A DNA stretch of 64,000 nt, taken from Oopsacas minuta (lineage: Eukaryota > Animalia > Porifera). Under the pieces are notes generated by a model. The model made no database searches. It was not told the origin of the DNA and was given only the letters and a program-made list of their open reading frames with translations. This document shows positions 54,301-64,000 of the stretch, one piece after another. Positions within the stretch are counted from its first letter, which is position 1; each line of letters begins with the position of its first letter. Made by a program: the position numbers and the translations under genes. The stretch covers positions 806,001 to 870,000 of the forward strand of contig JAKMXF010000321.1 in NCBI GenBank assembly GCA_024704765.1. Direction: 5' to 3'.

Positions 54301-57300
54301 CATACTCTGGTGTTCCGATTATCCTTTTAAATTCTTCAATTGGGCTAAGTTTGACTGCTAATCCGAAATCTGCCAGTTTAATATCGAGTTTCGTCTCATT
54401 TATCAACAAAATATTTTCTGGCTGTAAAAGAAATATAATAAAATAAAATCTGACATTTTTGCGAGTGTAATATGAATTGATTAATGACAATTGAGTTAGC
54501 TATTTCTTGTTAATTCTACAGAAACCAATGCAAATATAACACACTTAACTTCTTCAACTACCATTTTAGTTGTTAATGATGGTAAATACAATACAGGTAA
54601 TTAATACTAAGATATTAAATGAGAACAAAGTCATTCAGGAGTCAATACAAGTGCATGTTAGGAAGGTAGAAATTTTTAATGAAGTAAAGTTCTTAGCTCA
54701 TTACATTCTAAGATATCTCTTTAGCTTGCTAAGGAACATAACTTAATCTATGCTATGGGAGATAAGTTTAAGATACCAATCAAGTGTAGCATACATGCAA
54801 AGAATAAACTTTCTTATAACAGTTACATATTTAAAAATAGTCCTGTTACGGCTGTCGTGTATACTATACAAGTAAATATTCTCAGAGTTATAATAAAATG
54901 TTTCGAAAAAAATTTTGCTTCCGTAATGTTCTTATCAGATAATGTAAGGTCAAATTCGACTACAGTCACAGTTTATTGGCTATGAGGGACGACAAGGGCA
55001 CGTGCCCCAGGTGTTGCTTCGTATGGGTGCCAGATGGGCGTCGAGATACTGGGTTTACCTTGAAAGCGGGAGCACCGGGCGGATGGATGAGAAGCTATTC
55101 GACGGCGTTGACTATAGCAAAATTATACAATTAGCTATCCATAAATAAACACCATTACTATCAAAATAAACTTGAGAATGTTGTTTACATCAGATTCTAT
55201 AATATGAAGACTCATTACCCTAACAGTAATGTAATCGGAGACTTCCTGATAAAGCAGAGAAACCAAAAACTCAGTTACGTAAGTTAGCGCCAGACAGTAT
55301 CAAGAAAAACGAAATAATTGGTTTATCTCTCACAATCACAAGGGTGAGATATGAAAGTGTTTTGTGTAAACAAAGTGTTCAACCATTGCGATAAAGACTA
55401 ATTTACTATAAACAAAGTATGACTGTCAGTTTCACAATAATAAAATTAATAGTAATCAAAATGTTTGGTAGAGGTAAACATTCAGTCTAAAATTGGTTTG
55501 ATGATACTTACACACCTCTTGGATATTGTATAGTTAGTTATTGGGAAGTGTATTACGTATTGGCACATTGTAATAGCAAATGTTACTAGGAGTGACTCGG
55601 GTATAATACATATAAATACACTCTAGTACACGTCATCATTTCGGATGTAACGAATTATATTAGGACATGCAAACCTTTATATCAAGATGTATGATGGATT
55701 TCTTGTGGAGAAATGTTAGTGCATCAATAACTTGTTTGAGGACAAATACGGATTCTCGTTCAGTGAAGGGTTCAGCTGAAATTGAATGGAATAGATCTCC
55801 TCCTGTACATCTAGAATGTTTGGCAATAAATAAAGATACAATAGAATCCAGTTAATAGGATCATTTGAGGTCCAGGGCCATTTCGCCCCGATTTAGATGA
55901 GAAATTAACACTATTTGCATGGGTTTTTCCTGGTTAAGCGACCCGTTTAGTCAGAGGCTCTATTAAGCGCGAATTTACTGTAATTATAAGAATACACAAT
56001 ATCCAATGCATGATTATTCATAATTAGTTCCAAGATACTGATTGATTACAAAAGTATTAATTTGAAATCCTAGAATATGTTCGAATCCATCTTTGGTGGC
56101 TGATAGGATTCATTACTAACGAATCCACGTTAGCATTTAAACAATTATCTTTGAACGACGTAGCCACTATCCAAGTAAGCAGTTATCTGAATTAATTCAT
56201 TAGGCTAGTAGTTAATCAGATAGGCTAAATTGCAAATAGTTTTAATAGGAAATGAGACCAACCCCACTTTAGTAGCTGAAAGGATACGTCATCCTAAGGA
56301 TGATTATACATAGATGCATTGAATATTCAAAAGTGATCCCTCGTCATGATTCATTGGTATAAACAAAGTATAGTAACATGAATATGATCTGACACTCATG
56401 AGTTAGAAACCTATGCTCTTTACAAGCCTCATGACGGAAGTAAACAAAACCCACAATTTTCTCATGGATATAAAGTTATAAACAATACATTCCTGATACT
56501 AGAACATACACAGTATCCGCGAATGACGTCACACAGAGCTGATTTAGTTTCACAATATATTTCAGTATTATTTCAACCTTCATCGTAAAATTCAGTACGT
56601 ATCAAATTATGTAGTAACTAATCTCAGCAATGATTGTACACTGCTTCTTAACTATAGTGATCTTTCTTCTTTAAACCGATTAATAGCTGCTATGAGTTAC
56701 GGGATGATTACAAATCACCTCTGAGAAATAAAAAACTTCGTAGCTTAGCATCTTTGTTTATGAAAAACAATTAGATTCAAAGGTACAGGGTTAATTACAC
56801 TAATTAATAATATTAATCTGCTTCGAAATTAGTCCACGTTGGTGAAAGTAATCTAATGAAATATTATTAAAGCAGACTTATGAATAGAAACATGAGGTGT
56901 GAGACTTTAATGTGCGTATATATGTCGAGAAATAGAATTATTCAGCTCATATTTTATCAATTGAAACTCGTGGATGTCAAATAATGTACTAAGTACCATA
57001 ATATTATTAGTAAGGATACACTGTCCTACTCAATATGTACTCTCTTCCTACGACTAAACTAAATATCATAGAAGATATAGATTTTTCAAAATAGGATAGA
57101 TGGAATTTCGCATTTCAGAGACGTGTGATTATACCCTAAAATGAATAAATAAGCAGATGAGTTCAATCTTGTTAACAAGATAATTAAACAAACAGGCACA
57201 AAGTTCCAAAACTAATCAATTATCTAAAATTAATGCTTGTTTGTCGTCACGACCACACATTATGTATACAATGAATGATATATTAAATTCCTAACATATT

Positions 57301-59938
57301 TGTAAGAAAATAAACTGAAAACTATGAGTTTACAGGAACTGGTCAACAAGTGTTAATGTATAGATTGGAATGTGCAACTCACAATTCAAGGATAATGATC
57401 ATAACCAAGTTTCCTTCGAATACCTCCTTTACATCTACGATAACACGATGTTCTAGTAATTCTTGTAACAGCTCAGCCTCTTGTAGAATTGTGTTACGAC
57501 AATTTACTGCATAATTACGTTTGCGGAGGTATTTAGCTGCATAGCAATTTCCTGTTGCTTTCTCGGTGATGTGTTTCACAGTTGCAAATTTCCCTCTATG
57601 AAGAAATTAATATTAATATACTTACAAGGAAATGTCATATATCACAAAACCCGTGAATATAATAGTATGTATAGCATATAAACTCGTGTGAATTAACCAT
57701 TCAATGACATAACTTCCTGTTTGATGTGATTTGATAATGATTGTATTGCAAAATCGCTAATATTCCTTTTAAGTTTATAGCAATATAATAGTTCAATCAA
57801 CGAATTGCTTAATTCGAAGAAATAATCGTATCAATTGATTAATTAGGAGTATAATGTAAATTAAAACATTGTATCTAATATGGTAAATGAACAAATCTGG
57901 GTATAGAGGCTGATAAAATGATTGCTTGTGGTAGAATCTTCAACATATCTAGCTTACCTCATGGTTATTGGTTGATAATGTGGTATACATAAGCTTATTG
58001 GCAAAAACGACAAACAACCGTATCTACTATATACTAGCAGTGAAAGCTGGGAACGCTCGTGCTAGCCAACTACTTAATGTCGAGATGAATCTGTGTGTCA
58101 CAAGCTATATAGAAAATATCAGCAGACCAATAAGGTGCATTTCTTGCGTAATAAACTGAATAAACTATTTCAACCACAAGTACTAATTGTAGAAATATAC
58201 TGATAACACTTTGTGAATATCAGATTAGTAATTATAGATGAAATGCTAATATTGTACACAGCTGTGAAATTTTACAGCAGCGAAATTCGTGTAACTATCA
58301 ATATAATAATTACTTCAGATTTCTTTATTCGTATATTGTTAAGAGAAAATTGTCCTCGGATATCAAAAAAATTTCCCAATAATTTGGTGAAAATATATAT
58401 TCAAATGTTAATCACTAAATCGTCATTATCGCGGAATGCAATCACACTTAGTAATCTACGTCAAGTGATTCCAGTTATGCGAAAAATTAGAATTTAATAA
58501 TATCTACAATGACGTTTTGGATAAAAATGTTGTTGGGGGATAAAATTTGGAATTTCCACTATATTTGTAAACTAGAACTAGATACTGAAAAGATATGCCA
58601 GCTGTTCACAAAGGAAACACTTGAGAAATCTAAGTAATCGAAGTTCTAACAATGAGACTGAAAATCTCAAGTGCAAATAATCTGTAAAAGATATGCAAAG
58701 CGGGAAAAATAATGAAAATTTCAAATATGTGTTCTAATACTGGATAAGATTAGCACAGCCTTTCAAAACCATTAAATCTCTAGCAAGAAATGATTGGAGA
58801 TATTTTAGAATCAGTGACGCTTTGTATCGTGTTTTACATGTCAACGGTCAACCCGTATAAGAATTCAGAATTTTAAGTCCCGACAATATTACGGTAATTA
58901 TTTAACATACAAGTTATCAGTAAAATTACCTGAATAAGTCAAAACTGTAAAAATTAAATAATATTATGATCTAGAATAAAATATGAATAGACAGAAATTT
59001 TCGGTTCAATGAGTAAGATTTGGCATCACAGTTGGATTCAAAAGGGTTATTCATAATGCTTCATGATTTTGCCGTAAATTGCTGATTTGAATGAGAAATA
59101 GTTTGTGCCAGTTGCTACTGATTATCTATCCAAAACCATTAAATCATACTCATTGAAATCATATAGCAAAATCCAGAATATCTACTTGGTTGTCTGAAAA
59201 TTTTAAAAGTGCACTATGAGATCAGTAGAAGAAAGATTTTAGCCCTGAAATCAAAATAGCAGAGCCTTGTTATAATTTAGATCAGGAAATGTATAACCAG
59301 GTTGTTTCACACATGCCAGATACAAGGGTGTGTGCCGTATGATGCGATGAAGCTTGGCCTTGGCCAATCCACTTTTCATGGGCTTCGGACGACCCTGGCT
59401 GGATTATGTTTATATACATTTTTGGGAATTTTCTATGCTGCCGAGGACAGCATCAGGTTTACTTCAATAGAAATCGTTGCCATAATTGAAGTAGGTTTCT
59501 ATGAATTTCTAGTGTTTTCAAATTCCGATGTAACATTCTGTTTGAATGAAAGATAACAAATGCAGTTGTGCGATTATCTCTCAAATATAGGCTACATAGC
59601 CGACAATGGAAGCAAAAATGAATGACATTTCTAGATTATTAATGCGAGATATATTTTATCGAGCATAGATTCAGATTTCAGAAATATACAAATGCATTTG
59701 GATGGGCCTATTTTGTAATATTATCTTTCTTGAATAATTTTGGAACGAAAAGCGATATTGGAAAAGCAGAGGTCTATATGAAGTGTAGAAGATGACCAAG
59801 TTATTTGAAATTATCTTATACATTGTAACAATGAAGGAAATATATCCGATCTATAACTCACCTTCCCAGTACATCACCAACAACGTAATAAGATTCGATC
59901 TCTTCCTTCTTCACAATCTCTTCGACATTGATAGACAT
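45340..59938 (-). CDS. STK17: DRAK/STK17-like (DAPK family) Ser/Thr kinase, eight coding exons, 1065 aa
   Basis: Exons 59938-59862, 57595-57383, 55810-55675, 54421-54298, 52006-51958, 51618-51592, 48029-47838 and 47719-45340 total 3198 nt in frame, all GT-AG. The spliced kinase reads LGR|GKFATV, YAAKYL, E(alphaC) LQE, GGDLF, HLDIK|PEN, DFG, GTPEYV|APE, DMW|SLG, GYSPF, K|RRP. No ankyrin or death domain. The symbol is family-level. Confidence 0.9.
50834..51191. mobile_element. Nested foldback: Tigger-like MITE (50956-51065) inside a palindrome inside a longer inverted repeat
   Basis: Perfect 37-bp arms at 50935-50971 and 51050-51086 include ta|cagtagaactcggtta...taaccgagttctactg|ta. Outer arms have 35 perfect bp (50839-50873 and 51152-51186) plus an imperfect gggtg.gatgtc..aggatagcttc block. 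Confidence 0.85.
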
Positions 59939-60646
59939 TTCAATTCAAAGATATAGAAATTATAAATGATTCAATTTCCTGATAATAAGTAGTAATATTG
60001 TATAAAGTATATTATATTCAATTAGAAAACTATAATTTAGTCAAGCAGAATCCTTTATATAACCTATACGCGCTGTAGCATCTATACTAGACCCTAGAGA
60101 TTGTGAGATCACAATACACAGGTGATTCACGTTCTCTTATCAAATTACATGAATATATTATTACTATTGCTTATTCACCAATTCATTAATACTTCGTCCA
60201 TTTGCTAATTTTGAAGGAGAGACATAATTTGAAAATAGCGATAATAGAAATGAATCCCATTTTATAAATGACTATGAATATGATAGTTCAGAATCCTAAT
60301 TATATATTTATACTACAGTTATATTCACAGAAAAGGTGGATGTTAAGAGAATATCCTGTTGGTAAATTTGGTAGTAGCATTCCTTTAAGTGTGTGATTGA
60401 TTCTGGACGGAATATCTTGCAATTATCCAATTACAGTATTTTTGAAAAACAATATTGCAGATACTTGAATTATATAATTATGGCAGAGGGAAGGAACTTG
60501 AAAGAATAATATTTTTTCGAAAATTTACCAAAAAGACAGAATAAACATGTCTAATTCAATCGATGCCCTATACTGTAAATCTGTAATACAGGTAAACCTC
60601 CGAAATGTTCTGGAAAATCCGGGAAAAATAAAATTACTTTTGAATA

Positions 60647-60700
60647 CAGGCAGCCCTCGCCGTTCGCGGTGGTTACCTTTCTGAGAATTGTCGCGAACGG
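60647..60700 (+). mobile_element. Truncated Tigger-like MITE left end
   Basis: ta|caggcagccctcg followed by a ccgttcgcg/cgcgaacgg hairpin; no right TIR located. Confidence 0.35.
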
Positions 60701-62619
60701 CAAGACGTTAGTTCAATGAGAATAGAGTGGGGTTACGTTCCTAGATTACAAAATGACAAACCATAAGTCATACTAAATATGATCGGAAAGTATAATCAAG
60801 CAACATTTATGAGTTTTAAAAGGTCGTTGTATTCATTGAGTTGAAATGCACTTAAAATATTACTTGTGTAGCATAAGAGGGTAAAACCAATTCCTCTTCC
60901 CCCAAACAGTTATAGATTGAGCTTGCAGAATTTAGTTTGAAATTAACGTGATAACGTGAATGAATTCATGTCCTTTCAGATTTCCTAAAATTGAAGAGTT
61001 AGCACTTTTGTTGGAAAATTATACCAAGTAAGAGATTAGTAGACAAAAAATATTTGATCGGTAATTTGTATGATTAGGATCTGTTAACTCACTCATAACT
61101 TTGTAAAAAATATCCAGATTAATAAAATACTTACCTAGCATACTATACGGAATAGGAACTAACATACCTTACTTATGTCATGAGAACAATTAGTAATGTA
61201 AATTCAATGTTATTGTATTGTGTAACGATTGCAAAAGTGATTATCACAATAATTGATAGAATTTATTTCCTATCAAAATACGAAATCAATCGTGGGGTGA
61301 AATACAAAATAAGTTCATAAACCAACTTTCTTTTGATCCTGTATTGAGGCATAAATTGTGGCCTGAACTTAATCACAAAGTAAGTTTAAGGTGCCAAACA
61401 TCAGCTGTTCAACTTAGGTTGACTGTAAACATAAACTGAGTTGGTTGCGATAATCATGCTTAATTATTGTACCTGTTGTGAATACCACATACAAGTACGA
61501 TATCTTATTATAATTAGTGTATTTCCAGATTATTCGTATTCCTAATGATTCCTGAAGAATTAATTATGTGAATACATTAAATTAATATGACGTAAGCATG
61601 CGTATATATAATTGTGGACATTATTGAATTAATGTAATAGCACAGCTCTCAGAACCATAGAGAAATGCTATGTCAATACTTTCTAGCAAGATTCCACTAA
61701 GTAAGGAACGAATATTTGATAAGTAAACGAATTAATATTTGAAATATTTAGAATATTTTATCTGATAAAACTTCAAGATGCCTAGGTGGATGGGGGAAGA
61801 TATTGTTGAATGCATTTGCCCTATCAGAGAGGAGAACAGCTATAGAGTGATTTTAAATACATGCATTCTAACCTTATACAAAAAGAAATACTACATTTGT
61901 TATTCATTTTGTTCGGCGAGATGTCCAGTTGTCCACTCATTAGAAAACGCTCTTTCTGCACACAAAATGCAATCAGCTATAGAAGTAGTAATCTCCCATT
62001 TATGGTGAACGGAAAGGTAGGGATGATCTGAGGTTCGAGTTCAAGCTGGTAGTAACACTAAATCACGGATAATTAGTTCTACACAAACATGAATTGCATT
62101 AGTTCTAGATCTTACGTTTGAATAAATATTTGACCACTGCAATAGAACTTCAAATATCGTATGCAAAGTAAGTCAATAGATAATAGCTTACATCTTCAAA
62201 AAATTATCAAGATCAGTAGTTTATGAATCTCTTTGATATATTACTAGCTAGATCACACATATATATATATATATTCTTTGTTGGATGTCTAATTGATTTT
62301 TCTGTAATAGAGTTATCACTAACAAGATGTGAGCGAAGCGAGCACTATTTTACAGTTTTCAATTTGATCCAAGGGGCCATGCCCCGGGGCACGAGATTTT
62401 ACCAGGGTCGGCACCGCCCCCCACCATGGCGACGTCCTGCAAATAATAATCATTACTAATATTTGGAAATTTGAAATCTGATTTCCAAACCTGACTAGAA
62501 CAGATCAGTCTACTATATTCGAGGTATGAAATCAAGATTATTCAGTTAAGAGATTATTATGGTTGTTAACCAAGCTAAAGTTTTATCAAATTACAAACCA
62601 AATTACATATCAACTATAC

Positions 62620-63036
62620 GAGTGTAGAGTGAAGTCAGCAGCGAATTCCAGCAGTGAATATGAGCACAACTTAACACTTAGTAATTCTGTCAATTCTCAA
62701 TCAATCCACCTGAAATTTGGTCAGTACCTTTGTCTACAGTGGTGAATTTCATAGATTCAATAATTAATCACTATCACACTTACTCTTCCCACAATGACAC
62801 GATTGACACCGCAAAATTTGTAATACTAAATACGCATATAGTCAAAGTTGCCTGTTGCAACGTCATTGTGGGAAGAGTAGGTGTGATAGTGATTAATTTT
62901 TTAATATATGAAATTCACCACTGTAGACAAAGGTACTGACCAAATTTCAGGTGGATTGATTGAGAATTGACAGAATTATTAAGTGTTAAGTTGTGCTCAT
63001 ATTTCACTGTTGGAATTCGCTACTGACTTCACACTC
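62620..63036. mobile_element. Foldback element with ~170-bp inverted arms and a ~63-bp spacer
   Basis: 62629-62798 is the near-exact reverse complement of 62862-63032, with only a few substitutions and a 1-nt indel by eye. Confidence 0.9.
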
Positions 63037-63136
63037 ATATGAACTATGGATATATAAGATATCTATTAGGGAAATTTTCGTATAATAAAATGTATAAAGC
63101 TCATGCTTATTTGTCTAGTGACTGAGCATGCTCATA

Positions 63137-63401
63137 GTTGTCAAGTCTCACGTGTACAAAACTTTTGAAATTATACCGTGATAATGTCAAGATTATCATT
63201 ATTTTTAACTATTTTTTTTGAAAAAATGAATTGTGGATTACTAATACGATTTTAGATACCATTATGACCTAACACTGTTATTTTTCGTGTTTATTAAATA
63301 ATTAATTAACTTCACTGTTATATATTAAATTTTAAAGAATTTCAAAGTGAGAATGCAAAGGTTAAGGTGAGACTCAGTTGAAATCCGTGAGACCTGACAA
63401 T
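63137..63401. mobile_element. Putative MITE with 16-bp imperfect TIRs
   Basis: gttgtcaagtctcacg ... cgtgagacctgacaat (two mismatches); no TSD found. Confidence 0.45.
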
Positions 63402-63433
63402 AATGTATATCTGAACACTAAAATTACAAAATC

Positions 63434-63523
<90 letters not shown>
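63434..63523 (+). repeat. (TAA)n microsatellite
   Basis: About 30 units read directly. Confidence 0.95.
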
Positions 63524-63965
63524 GTAGTATACAACAAATCTTTACGATTCAAGAACCTTTCTACGAAACTATTAGTCAACCACCTAACGAAGAACCCGAT
63601 AATACTCCAGATGTCACAATCAATACCACAATTACAACAGATTTAGAATATACTAGTCCAGAAAATTCAAATGATCACCTCTAAACCAAACATGATTACA
63701 TAGCCTGTCAGCAATCAACACTTTCAGAAACCACCATTGCTCAAATCCACTTTATATAGTAACTCCCATAAATAATATTAGTAAGCCCATATACGCTTTA
63801 TCATCTTTTGTTACTCAGAAATCTAGAATGTTCCTTCAAACCTTAGAATAGCAGCAATCAGTTATATTTAGTACTATAGTTGTGTTTGTATTGATGAGCT
63901 GGATAAATAGCCAGCGAAACAAATTATGTTATTGTCTACTACTATTAAATCTACATATACTCTTT

Positions 63966-63968
<3 letters not shown>

Positions 63969-63996
<28 letters not shown>
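63969..63996 (+). repeat. (TAA)n microsatellite
   Basis: About nine units read directly. Confidence 0.9.
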
Positions 63997-63999
<3 letters not shown>

Positions 64000-64000
64000 G

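Noticed and set aside
62003-62042. tRNA/SINE-like A and B boxes (tggtgaacgg...ggttcgagttc)
   Set aside because: Box spacing is too short, no cloverleaf can be folded and there is no second copy in the window.
1-64000. CRISPR arrays, rRNA, tRNA, autonomous transposase or reverse transcriptase genes
   Set aside because: No repeat-spacer array, no structured RNA gene and no DDE or RT ORF were found; the repeats present are microsatellites, minisatellites and non-autonomous elements.

Overview
This is AT-rich eukaryotic (metazoan) nuclear DNA with GT-AG introns. The species cannot be read from the sequence; the compact, largely intronless style suggests a sponge, but that is only an inference. 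Twelve protein-coding genes are supported. (1) A 2260-aa single-exon very large inducible GTPase (VLIG/GVIN family) with candidate N-terminal HTH repeats and a C-terminal vWA domain. (2-8) Seven intronless ~370-400-aa orphan 7-transmembrane genes that share family motifs but have no class A GPCR signatures. (9) A 2121-aa intronless type I ferlin. (10) Three-exon PHB2 and an intronless three-domain granulin facing away from each other (counted as 10 and 11). (12) An 8-exon DRAK/STK17-like kinase with a 27-nt microexon and a ~780-aa low-complexity tail. In addition, a 2-exon gene reconstructed here joins a membrane anchor, an FxNPxF motif, an IQ motif and a PTB domain, bringing the total to thirteen if that splice is real. 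Intergenic and intronic DNA carries many MITEs and foldbacks (hAT, pogo/Tigger, Harbinger and Helentron-like), several near-perfect hairpins and (TAA)n microsatellites. The best candidates for an undescribed system are the orphan 7TM receptor family and the membrane-tethered IQ-PTB adaptor that sits among them. All exon models were assembled by hand and no database search was run.
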